This document shows, piece after piece, positions 1-8,106 of a stretch of DNA of 46,724 nucleotides. The stretch covers positions 1 to 46,724 of IMG/VR virus record IMGVR_UViG_3300048852_000028; one strand, 5' to 3'. Position numbers and translations under genes: made by a program. The notes under the pieces were generated by a model that was not told where the DNA came from, made no database searches, and was given only the letters and a program-made list of their open reading frames with translations. How positions within the stretch are numbered: position 1 is the first letter of the stretch; the number at the start of each line of letters is the position of its first letter. Source of the stretch: a virus. Lineage: Duplodnaviria; Caudoviricetes.

Positions 1-14
1 GTGAGGAGAGTCGA

Positions 15-338
15 ATGGCTCTGACGGGACGTTTTAATCTTCGCAAAACTTTCACCGGCCGCATCGTCCTGCAGGTGGAGGAGGAGGTGACGGGCTTCTG
101 GGGGCGCATGTTCGGCAAGGCCAAGCTCCACCGGCGCTGGCGCGATGCGAACGTGCTCGATCTGGCCGCGCCCGAACTGCGAAGCCTCGTCGACCTGCGC
201 TTCCGCCCCCGGTACATGCCTCAGACCAATGAGACCCCGCAGGAATGGCCCAAGTCTCCGCGCCAGCTCGAGGCGATCCCGGCACAGACCCTTCATTATG
301 AAACCTACCCGGAAGACGGGCGCTTCTCGACGCATTGA
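15..338 (+). CDS. Hypothetical protein, host flank
   Basis: 107-aa ORF with GAGGAG RBS; lies outside the att site. Confidence 0.6.
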   Translation: MALTGRFNLRKTFTGRIVLQVEEEVTGFWGRMFGKAKLHRRWRDANVLDLAAPELRSLVDLRFRPRYMPQTNETPQEWPKSPRQLEAIPAQTLHYETYPEDGRFSTH

Positions 339-353
339 GGAGCGCTGCACCTG

Positions 354-767
354 TCAGTTTGCCGAGGCAGATCCCGGCCCTGGTTTGCCAGAAGGCGTTC
401 CATCGGGATTCATGCCGTACTTCCTGTAGGTCGCCTGCAGGTCCTCTTCCTCGGCGGCCTTCATGCGGGCGTGGCTCTTGGCGCGGAAGGCTTCATTGGA
501 AACATTCACGCCGACTAGGAGCGGGATGGACGACAGGCCCGTCTTGTCCATGGATGCCGCCATCGCGCCAGCGCCCTGGACGGTGCCGAGAGCGCGTGCT
601 TCGGCCTCCAGTTCGGCGTGAACCCTAGCCGAAGCGGATCCCGGCTCGCCAATGCCCGCACTTTGAGGAGACGCTGCCGTGGCCATCGGGCCGGCGCTTT
701 GACACCCAGCGAGCGCCATGAGGAATGCCACGGCAATTGCGGATTTTCGTGCTGCACAAGACGGCAT
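354..767 (-). CDS. Putative lipoprotein, host flank
   Basis: Signal peptide and lipobox (AVAFLMALAGC); start chosen at MPSCAARK. Confidence 0.5.
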   Translation of the reverse strand: MPSCAARKSAIAVAFLMALAGCQSAGPMATAASPQSAGIGEPGSASARVHAELEAEARALGTVQGAGAMAASMDKTGLSSIPLLVGVNVSNEAFRAKSHARMKAAEEEDLQATYRKYGMNPDGTPSGKPGPGSASAN

Positions 768-1059
768 GTTCCCGGACCTGTTATGACGTAGCGGTATTCT
801 GCCACTTAACACGGTTCCGACTTTGTCTTCCCCATCCAAACAGAGAGGATCGGGCATATTTGTTGGCGCATCGCCTGCACGTCCGATGGGAAGATCTTGA
901 AGCTGCCGTGTCCGCAACAGAGGGCGCCGCGCCAAGTGAAGAGCAGAGAGCCCTGTGGTGGCTCGGTCTCCATTGCCGGGGTGAAAGGCTGCCGATCATG
1001 CGCAATCGGAAGGTAGAGATGCTTCTCTCGAAGGTGAATTATGATCTTCGGCTAAGAAA

Positions 1060-1114
1060 TGGTCGGAGTGGCAGGATTTGAACCTGCGACCCCCACGTCC
1101 CGAACGTGGTGCGC
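1060..1114 (-). other. att site: 3' half of tRNA-Pro(CGG)
   Basis: Reverse complement has the anticodon arm CCACG-TTCGGGA-CGTGG, the T arm GCAGG-TTCAAAT-CCTGC and ends in ACCA; the 5' half is absent; 100 bp from the integrase. Confidence 0.9.
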
Positions 1115-1189
1115 GACGCTGAAACCCCTTATTTTCTGGGCTTTTTCAGTTGCGGTTGACTCTGAATGTTCACGTTCTGTCGTCGCGAA

Positions 1190-1208
1190 CCTGTCTACAG
1201 CCTGTCTA
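1190..1208. repeat. Probable integrase arm-type sites
   Basis: CCTGTCTA twice, 11-bp period, between the att core and the integrase stop. Confidence 0.5.
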
Positions 1209-1215
1209 ACGCGCA

Positions 1216-2325
1216 TCAGGCTTTTCTCACAATGTTATCAGCCGCTTGCTTCTGAAAATCGGCATGATGATGGCCATAGGTCTTCTCAAGGGTCTCGACA
1301 GTCATTCCGAGGAAGCCGGCCGCCTCCCACAGATCCGTTCCGCGCTGCATCAGCCAAGTCGCGGCAGTGTGTCTCAAAGTGTGCGGCGTAACCCCCTCAA
1401 GGCCCGCATCCTCACAGGCTCGGCGGAATGCCTTCTCAAGGTCGGTCCCGATCGGCTTGCCATTCCATTCAACCGCATAAAGCTGGCCCTGCTTGCGCCA
1501 GCGCGTCAGGTGAGCAAGGAGCCGATCCGGCAGTCTAACCGGTGGCCGGCGCTTCTTGGTCTCAACCTCGCCCGCGGCGCGCCGGTAGAAGACGCCCCGC
1601 TCAAGATCGATCCAGCCTGAGCCTGTTCCCGGCATGAGGGTCGCGCCGCAGACGGCGCCAGCTCGCGATCCGGTGTAGAGCGCCACTAGGACAAACCGCG
1701 CCACGTGTCGGCGGCTGTAGCGTCCCGTCATGTGCCCCTTCTGTGTCTCCCGATAGCGCCAGGCCGCCCAGATCAGGCGAGCGGCTTCCGAGCGGGTCAG
1801 CCAGCGCTCCCGGGGCGGGGACCGCTCTGGCAGCACAACCTCAACGATCTCATTACAGAGCCCCTCGGCACGGTGATATTTGATTGCCGCCCTCAGATCC
1901 TCCAGCTCGCGCCTCGCGACCTTCTTAGCCCGCCAGGTGACGTAGGCGCGGCAGTTCCGGCCATTCACATCGGCTAGGGTCTTGCCGGTCCAGAATTTGA
2001 GGAGGGGAATGGCTCGCTGGGCGACTTCCTCAGGGCGGGCCTGCGTCGGTGCTTTGTCAGTCAGATAGATATTGATGACGTCCGCTACCGGAATCGCAGT
2101 GGCACCACGGCCGCGCTCGCGCGAGGGGCGGTACTTTTCTGCGATGTAGTCGGCGAGGGCTTGCTCTGCCTCTGGCGGAGCCTTTCGGCGGTTCGTAACG
2201 CGGATGCCTGTGCTTCGCTTAGCCGCTCCGTCTCGGATGACCCAGACGCCCTCTCTCTTGCGCCCGTCCGTTCCTTTGAAGGACGGCTGCGCCCAGAGGC
2301 GGGGGCCTTTGTGGTGTTGCGGCAT
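1216..2325 (-). CDS. int: Tyrosine integrase
   Basis: LYTGSR, HTLRHTAATW and C-terminal TYGH catalytic motifs. Confidence 0.95.
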   Translation of the reverse strand: MPQHHKGPRLWAQPSFKGTDGRKREGVWVIRDGAAKRSTGIRVTNRRKAPPEAEQALADYIAEKYRPSRERGRGATAIPVADVINIYLTDKAPTQARPEEVAQRAIPLLKFWTGKTLADVNGRNCRAYVTWRAKKVARRELEDLRAAIKYHRAEGLCNEIVEVVLPERSPPRERWLTRSEAARLIWAAWRYRETQKGHMTGRYSRRHVARFVLVALYTGSRAGAVCGATLMPGTGSGWIDLERGVFYRRAAGEVETKKRRPPVRLPDRLLAHLTRWRKQGQLYAVEWNGKPIGTDLEKAFRRACEDAGLEGVTPHTLRHTAATWLMQRGTDLWEAAGFLGMTVETLEKTYGHHHADFQKQAADNIVRKA

Positions 2326-2525
2326 AATTCCCTCATGCTCTCAATGGCGGCCAGGGTCGTGTAATCCTTCCCGGCGATACGTTCGATCATCAGATTTCCT
2401 CGCGCGGCCTCCTTACGCAAGCCGCTAACGCCAATGGACCCATCGGGGAAGGCCAGCCGAGCCGCTGTCTCGAGGCGGAGCGGAGTGGTGGGAGAGACGT
2501 TCTCAAGTGTGAGTTCCTGTCTCAT
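2085..2525 (-). CDS. Excisionase-like protein
   Basis: N-terminal winged-helix-like segment (LRLETAARLAFP...LRKEAARGNL...RIAGKDYTT); directly upstream of and overlapping int. Confidence 0.65.
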   Translation of the reverse strand: MRQELTLENVSPTTPLRLETAARLAFPDGSIGVSGLRKEAARGNLMIERIAGKDYTTLAAIESMRELCRNTTKAPASGRSRPSKERTGARERASGSSETERLSEAQASALRTAERLRQRQSKPSPTTSQKSTAPRASAAVVPLRFR

Positions 2526-2733
2526 GACGTGCTCAACTTCCTCAATTATCCATGACCATAGCGAAAGCGCAGATCTCAGCCTTTGCGACGCTCTAGATGT
2601 TGGGTCTCAAAGAGTTGGCTGTCCCCGCTAGCATCTCGATTCGCTGAAACGTCCGTGCGATGCGCAGGGCGCATGAGACCGTTGATCATTGTGGGCTGGC
2701 CTTCGACCAAAGTCGAAGATAGAAGGCACGCAT

Positions 2734-2812
2734 CCCGTCGCGTTGCGGCGGGCGCCCTTCTTGGGCGTTTCCTCCCTAAACTTCGGGCCGCTCGCAAGGG
2801 TGGCCTTTTTCT
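2734..2812 (+). ncRNA. MmgR/suhB (alpha-r8)-like small RNA
   Basis: CGCCC-TTCTT-GGGCG hairpin, then TTTCCTCCCT (2768-2777), then a GGCCGC..GTGGCC-T5 terminator; matches the remembered family layout. Confidence 0.75.
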
Positions 2813-2924
2813 TTGCTGTCTCATCCTCTCGGTCATGAGCAGGCTCCCTTCCGTCTGGAATTGAGAGTGGCGGTTTCAAGGCCGAACGGCTGCGCTTGGT
2901 GCATGCCAGCTTGGCATTGGATGA

Positions 2925-2954
2925 GGTGACAGGCTTGGGATCGCCTCACCATCT
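2925..2954 (+). promoter_or_regulatory. Sigma70-type promoter for the AbcR-like sRNA
   Basis: GTGACA (2926-2931)-N17-CCATCT (2949-2954), placing +1 near 2961. Confidence 0.5.
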
Positions 2955-2960
2955 CAGGGG

Positions 2961-3048
2961 AGACGCGATCATACCTCCCGCTCGCGTCGTTCCCTCTGGA
3001 AGGGCCGAGGCCCCACCTTCGGGCTGCTGGAAACGGCAGCCCTTTTTG
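2961..3048 (+). ncRNA. AbcR (alpha-r15)-like small RNA
   Basis: GACGCGA/TCGCGTC hairpin with a CCTCCC loop, then GTTCCCTCTGGA, ACCTTC and a GGGCTGC/GCAGCCC-T5 terminator. Confidence 0.7.
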
Positions 3049-3319
3049 TTGCCTGCTCATGGCCGGATGTCATCTCGGTAAGGCCTCGTTAAGCATGTCG
3101 GCCTAGAACGGCCCGACCGAAGGCCGATGCATTGCCCCATCTTGTCCTCGGCTTTCGGAGAGAGGGTCGCTGTCTGGGCAGCGGCCCTTTTCGCATTTGA
3201 TTGAGCTTTGACCACAGGCGCACCTCAGTGTGTCAGGACGGCTATAGCCAGCACGAAGCATGCGGCTGCGAAGAACCAGAGGAACCACGCGGGGTAGGGG
3301 TGGTAACCGTCTTCGGGGA

Positions 3320-3598
3320 TCATGCCACCCATCGGTTCTTTCCGGCGTTAATCACTTGGAAGCGACGCCACCGCACTCTATCGACGAGGCGTGGGTATCC
3401 GCCGCTGTCTCGGAAAGGTGGACCTCCAGTGGAGTTAGCTCTGGTCGTACTAGCCGTGGCTACCTTCGCAGCTTTGGTCATTCCATCGCTTGTGGGCGTA
3501 TTCCTCGATCCCCACGGGTTCAAGGATCGTCCGATGCCGCCGAGCCTTGCTCCTCCCAAGGAGCGCAACCGATTTGGATTGCCGAACCGGGTGCTCAT
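3320..3598 (-). CDS. Phage hypothetical protein
   Basis: Coupled by ATGA overlap within the early-left operon. Confidence 0.5.
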   Translation of the reverse strand: MSTRFGNPNRLRSLGGARLGGIGRSLNPWGSRNTPTSDGMTKAAKVATASTTRANSTGGPPFRDSGGYPRLVDRVRWRRFQVINAGKNRWVA

Positions 3599-3804
3599 AC
3601 CGCGCCTCCGAAAAGGTCGCTCTTCGCAGCCTCAGCATCAGCCTTCGCCCTACAGTCCCGAGCGATCTGCTCCATCATCGCCAATTGGTCGTCCGCAAAC
3701 GCCTGAGTCATACGGCGATCCTCGACCCAGCGCGGATAAACGCGGCGGCGTTGCTTCACTTCCCGTCCGGCGCAAGTAGCCAGTTGCTCTAGCGTGAAGG
3801 TCAT
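3595..3804 (-). CDS. Phage hypothetical protein
   Basis: Coupled ORF; REVKQRRRVYPRWV, ends in DLF-type tail. Confidence 0.7.
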   Translation of the reverse strand: MTFTLEQLATCAGREVKQRRRVYPRWVEDRRMTQAFADDQLAMMEQIARDCRAKADAEAAKSDLFGGAV

Positions 3805-4019
3805 GGGTGCACCTCAGTCGCAGATCCACCGTGCTCGACCGCTGGAACGCGAGACGGAACTGCCAAACCGGCCGGCACGGCGGAAGGGGCTTGATACGGC
3901 TTGCAGCGCGAGCCGACGGTGAGCCAGATACGCTCAACACGTGCATTGTGTTCGTCAATACGATCGGACAGATCCCTTCCAATGAGTAGGGACGGCGGGA
4001 TGTGGATGGGTTCGCTCAC
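3801..4019 (-). CDS. Phage hypothetical protein
   Basis: 4-bp overlaps with both neighbours. Confidence 0.55.
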   Translation of the reverse strand: MSEPIHIPPSLLIGRDLSDRIDEHNARVERIWLTVGSRCKPYQAPSAVPAGLAVPSRVPAVEHGGSATEVHP

Positions 4020-4414
4020 CGGCTGCTGCTCCTGATGACTTCTCCGGTTCTCCGGTCCACAAGATCACCGTTGATCTTTTGCTTGAACCGGCTGTCTCGG
4101 CTCGTCGGGAACTTGCTCGGCTTGCGAATACCGACGTGGCGCATTTTCATGCGCTTCGCTTTGGCGATACGGGCGATGTCGCCGTCACTACCGTGGGTCT
4201 TGGCATCGGCGCAGGCCTTATGAGCCGGCCCGCGGTTCTCCATGGCATTCGTGCCGCCGAGGCCGAGAGCCCGAAGGTGCTCGTCAATCCATGGCTCGCC
4301 TGCCTCAATCTTCCGATCGCACAGGACGCAACGACCGCCGAAGGATTCGAACAGCTTGAGGCGTTGCGTGGGCGTCAGAGGCTTGCGCTTGGTGCTGCCG
4401 ACGTCCTCAGTCAT
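4016..4414 (-). CDS. HNH endonuclease
   Basis: CVLC...EHLRALGLGGTNAMENRGPAHKAC. Confidence 0.85.
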   Translation of the reverse strand: MTEDVGSTKRKPLTPTQRLKLFESFGGRCVLCDRKIEAGEPWIDEHLRALGLGGTNAMENRGPAHKACADAKTHGSDGDIARIAKAKRMKMRHVGIRKPSKFPTSRDSRFKQKINGDLVDRRTGEVIRSSSR

Positions 4415-4926
4415 GCTGCCCTCTCGACAGTCCGCGTTAGCGTCTCCGGTTGAGTGCCGATCATCTCAGCCAGCACGTCGAGAACCTTGTTCTTGCTCTC
4501 CTGGAAGACCTGCTTGCCCATAGCTGCCTTGGACTGGCTCTTCGCTGTCCAGACGGTCACGACGGCTTCAAAGGTCGTGACGACGGCGAACTCATCCATC
4601 GGCTTGATGAAGGCAGCGATCCTCAGCGCCTCAGCCTTGGAATTGCAGACGATCGAGCGTTCATCACGGTAGCCGGCCTTGATCAGAGCATACTTGCGGA
4701 GATGCTCTTCCGTCGGGAAGCGCTCGGCCTGACTCTCGGGCAGGTTCATCCATGCTAGATGGATCGCCGCAAAATAGTGATTGTGGTTCGCCTGGGAGCG
4801 GTGCTCCTGCACGGCCAGGCGGTATTCCTCGCCGACCACATACGACCGGTCGCACTCTGCCTGGAAGCGACGGTGCGGGACCATCGCCTGCCCCGTCCAT
4901 TGGAATAGAATTGGAGCCGTGCTCAT
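4411..4926 (-). CDS. NinB/DUF1367-like recombination-associated protein
   Basis: RSQANHNHYFA...SKAAMGKQVF pattern; sits between ERF and HNH. Confidence 0.55.
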   Translation of the reverse strand: MSTAPILFQWTGQAMVPHRRFQAECDRSYVVGEEYRLAVQEHRSQANHNHYFAAIHLAWMNLPESQAERFPTEEHLRKYALIKAGYRDERSIVCNSKAEALRIAAFIKPMDEFAVVTTFEAVVTVWTAKSQSKAAMGKQVFQESKNKVLDVLAEMIGTQPETLTRTVERAA

Positions 4927-4935
4927 CGGTCAACC

Positions 4936-5679
4936 TCAGAACGGGATATGATCGTCGGCGAGCTGCGAGGCGCGGCTCTGCGGCTTGCCGGCTGGCGGCT
5001 CGCGGTTCTCCGGCATCGCGGTTGGGTCCGAATCGGCCTCAAGCTCCTTGCGCTTGGACTCGTCTACTGACTTCACCCACGCCTGATCCTCCGGGTTGAG
5101 CAGGCTGTATTCCCGCTTGAAGTTCGCGTTCTGCCAGAGCTTGTCGAGCGAGGCGATCGAGGGACGCGCCTTGACGGCCTTGACCATCTCCTCGGCAGGA
5201 GAGGGCTCAGGAGCTGGCCCTTTCTTTTGGGCCTGCTGCTGCCGCTGCGGTGGAGTGTCCTCATCCGCGTCCGGGTCCTCGTAATCGCCAGTAGGGATCT
5301 CGAACAGGGTCAGGTGGAAGTACTTGTGCGCGGACGTGTGGCACTTGTTTAGCGCTTTGTCGTCAAAGCCACCCTTGGTGTTGCGCGCCGCCGCCATGCC
5401 GGTACGGACAATCTTTTCCGGCCACGTATCCCCGCTCTTGTGAGCGATCGTGAACTCGTAGTTCACAGCGAGGATCGTGCCGCCCTCTAGGAACTCACGC
5501 GACTTCTCGTTCTGGAAGACGACAAGACCCTCGCGAGCCATGAGCGGCTGAAGCTTGTGGAGGATGTCGGATGCGGAGGCGTACTTGTAGCGGTGAAACT
5601 CATTCACACCCCGCTTCTCGACGGCGCCAACCTCTTCCATCACCTTCGCAATCGATGTCACAATGGCGCTCATGATCAC
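4936..5679 (-). CDS. ERF-family single-strand annealing recombinase
   Basis: KRGVNEFHRYKYASASDI, KALNKCHTSAHKY, LFEIPTGD-x-DPD; C-terminal DDHIPF. Confidence 0.85.
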   Translation of the reverse strand: MIMSAIVTSIAKVMEEVGAVEKRGVNEFHRYKYASASDILHKLQPLMAREGLVVFQNEKSREFLEGGTILAVNYEFTIAHKSGDTWPEKIVRTGMAAARNTKGGFDDKALNKCHTSAHKYFHLTLFEIPTGDYEDPDADEDTPPQRQQQAQKKGPAPEPSPAEEMVKAVKARPSIASLDKLWQNANFKREYSLLNPEDQAWVKSVDESKRKELEADSDPTAMPENREPPAGKPQSRASQLADDHIPF

Positions 5680-6401
5680 ATCACCTTCTCTTCATGGACT
5701 TTGAGGCCGGGCACAGTCTCGCCACGGACGCCACGGCTCACGAGCTTCGCGGCCATGCCATCGAGGAACTCCTGATACTCATCCTTCTGGTTGGCCCAGA
5801 GGTAGCGGGCGAAGGCGGTGTAGTCCGTCACTTCCGCCCGGTAGGTAGTCCGCAGCCCTTTGGCGCGACCGGCGCCGGTGACGTGCGCCTTGTCCTTCTC
5901 GGCTCGACGGGCGGCCTTTTCTGCTTCCTCAGCCTGCTTGAGTTGTGTCTCGGCAGCCTCACGCGCTTCAAGGTCGTAGCGGTGAGACGCCTGCATGGCC
6001 TCTTCGGCTTTGCGGCGCTCTTCCTCGGCAACTCTACGGGCCTCCTCAGCCTTGGCCCGCTTCTCGTCCTCCATCTTGCGGAGGTATGGCGTCAGAGCTT
6101 GCTTGCAGGCATCCCTGGCCAGATCGCAGCGGGTGAGCAGTGGCTTGAAGGTTTCCTGCACCGCCTTCGCTGCTTCGTCATGTGGACGCTTCTGCTCCAT
6201 GCGCAGCTCATCGGCGACCTTGCGAGCCTTCATGATCATGCCGTCGAGAAGACCAACGGCATCGGCCTGCTTCTGGTCGGCAATCGGCTCTCCGTCGAGG
6301 AACCCCTTCGCCTGGTCAAACAGAACGAGGATCTCGCTTTCGATCGTCTCGAAAGGTGAGGGCGGATTATTGTGGCCGATGCTTGCGATAGCGGCGCTCA
6401 T
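5676..6401 (-). CDS. Coiled-coil phage protein (recombination module)
   Basis: IGHNNPP N-terminus, long Ala/Glu/Arg coiled coil, C-terminal VPGLKV. Confidence 0.75.
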   Translation of the reverse strand: MSAAIASIGHNNPPSPFETIESEILVLFDQAKGFLDGEPIADQKQADAVGLLDGMIMKARKVADELRMEQKRPHDEAAKAVQETFKPLLTRCDLARDACKQALTPYLRKMEDEKRAKAEEARRVAEEERRKAEEAMQASHRYDLEAREAAETQLKQAEEAEKAARRAEKDKAHVTGAGRAKGLRTTYRAEVTDYTAFARYLWANQKDEYQEFLDGMAAKLVSRGVRGETVPGLKVHEEKVM

Positions 6402-6670
6402 TGTTGCTTCCCTTCCTTGGGCAGTTTGATCAGAGGCTTCTGCCATCCGCACTCCTGAGAGAGTTTTGCGGTGGTCTTTGCCTTGAGGCGGTCGGCGTAC
6501 CGGGTGATTGGGCCACGGCCGCGCATGGTGAGAGTTGCTCGCTTCACAGCTTCACCGCCTGACAGACTGAGAAGATGATGAAGCCGACTAATCCGCAGCA
6601 CAGAGCGAGAAGGAACCAAGTCTGAGCGGCGTCACAGAAGGCGCGGCACTTGGGATGCTTGAAGGACATC

Positions 6671-7159
6671 TCAGTAACCCCTCGGGTAGACTTCGGCCTC
6701 GCCGCGAGCGACGTTCTTGCCGAGGAGGGTGAGTTCGTACATCACCATGTTGCTGCTACCGGCCATGCGCTTGTCCACGCGGTAGCGATCGAACAGTCCG
6801 TGGTAATAGGCGGCCTTCATCACAGGGTCGCTGTCGCTGGTGTAGAAGTGATCCCGGTAGCCAGCTTTGAGACCCGTCCCGCCGTAAGCGTGCTCCACGC
6901 AATGCAGGATGTCGGACGAAAGGTGAGGGGCTAGCGGATGACGTTCTGGCAGAACTTGGTCGCGCCACTCGGCACGGACTACACGAGCGTACTTCAGCAC
7001 GTCCTTGAACTTCATGTTCCAGGCATCGCTAAGGCGATAGTAAAGCTCGCTTACAGCCTTCCCGCGCGTTGGAGCATAGATGTAATCGGTTATAGTCGTG
7101 CCGTAGCCGGAGACGGTCGCCTGCCAAGCCTTTCTGGTGCGCTCCTTGTTCGCCATCAC
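6671..7159 (-). CDS. Phage hypothetical protein
   Basis: 162-aa ORF in the early-left operon. Confidence 0.7.
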   Translation of the reverse strand: MMANKERTRKAWQATVSGYGTTITDYIYAPTRGKAVSELYYRLSDAWNMKFKDVLKYARVVRAEWRDQVLPERHPLAPHLSSDILHCVEHAYGGTGLKAGYRDHFYTSDSDPVMKAAYYHGLFDRYRVDKRMAGSSNMVMYELTLLGKNVARGEAEVYPRGY

Positions 7160-7398
7160 GCAGCTCCTGGATAATCCGGGTCGTCGGCAGTGATGCGGTT
7201 CTCGTCGTCGCCGCCGCAGGGGCAGGGGCCGACAGAGAGGCTGTAGCGATCAGCGGTGAAGATCCAGCCGCGGCCAGCGCAATGGCGGCAAAGCTGATTG
7301 CCCATCGTCACATTCAGGATGTCTTGGATCGAGACTTGCTCAATCGTGATCGGCTGGACGGGTCGGGAACGCGGACGGAATGATACGACTTCGCCCAT
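7156..7398 (-). CDS. Small Zn-finger-like phage protein
   Basis: CRHCAGRG...CPC; VVSFRPR N-terminus. Confidence 0.6.
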   Translation of the reverse strand: MGEVVSFRPRSRPVQPITIEQVSIQDILNVTMGNQLCRHCAGRGWIFTADRYSLSVGPCPCGGDDENRITADDPDYPGAA

Positions 7399-7530
7399 CT
7401 CACGCTCCCGCTGCAACAGACAGAAGGGCGACAGCCACGGCAAACACGCCGAGGCAGGCTAACTCACACGCATCTGAGAGAAGGGATCTGAGGAGGGGCA
7501 TCAGGGGCTCATCCGTTGTTTGGATGAGCC

Positions 7531-7580
7531 TAGTCTGCACGGAAAAATCCGTATGTCAAACGAAAAACGGAAATTTCCTT
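7531..7580 (-). promoter_or_regulatory. pL/OL: leftward promoter with repressor operators
   Basis: TTGACA-N16-CAGACT on minus; ACGGAAAAATCCGT (7539-7552) in the spacer; ACGGAAATTTCCTT (7567-7580). Confidence 0.75.
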
Positions 7581-7652
7581 GCGGTCATATCGGTATGTGG
7601 TAGCTTATCATACGGAAGAAAGTTCTTGGATTGTTCCCCGCAATCCACAGAC

Positions 7653-7678
7653 AAGAAAGCCCGGCGCTGAGCCGGGCT
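7653..7678 (-). terminator. Intrinsic terminator of the cI operon
   Basis: AGCCCGGC/GCCGGGCT stem followed by a U-rich run on minus. Confidence 0.65.
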
Positions 7679-7744
7679 GTGGAGAATGTCATGCAGAAAT
7701 ATGCTGGCGGTCCGGCTGCTCAACCGGGAGGCGCAGACGAGAAG

Positions 7745-8050
7745 CTAATGAGCCTTTCGGCGGCTGTGGCGCTGTGCCAGGATGAAGGCGGCGAATGTTG
7801 CGCGTGCGTTGCTATCGACCTTGCCTCCGTTCGCTTTGCTCCATTCGAGGAAGGTGTCAGGGTCGATTTCGACTTTCTCGAGCGTATAGCTGGCGTAGCG
7901 AGGATCTTTCATAAGACCTTCGGTCCTTCGGAGCCAATGGTCGTAGTCGGGTTGAAAATCGGGATCGATGGAGAGCCAACGAGACCAGTCTTCTTTTCTT
8001 AGCCATGCTACAGCGATCCCCTGAACGCCTTTCTTAGGTGGGCCCGTCAT
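7745..8050 (-). CDS. Hypothetical protein co-transcribed with cI
   Basis: Immediately downstream of cI and before the terminator. Confidence 0.7.
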   Translation of the reverse strand: MTGPPKKGVQGIAVAWLRKEDWSRWLSIDPDFQPDYDHWLRRTEGLMKDPRYASYTLEKVEIDPDTFLEWSKANGGKVDSNARATFAAFILAQRHSRRKAH

Positions 8051-8106
8051 GCGGTCTACTCCCCTGATGACTGCTTCTTCTTGCCGCGAGAGCGGCGGTG
8101 GTTCTC

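Noticed and set aside
1059-1391. ORF beginning MVGVAGFEPAT
   Set aside because: Translation of the antisense tRNA fragment
2576-3081. Several 60-93 aa ORFs over the sRNA region
   Set aside because: No RBS or motifs; the hairpins, seeds and terminators explain the region better as RNA genes
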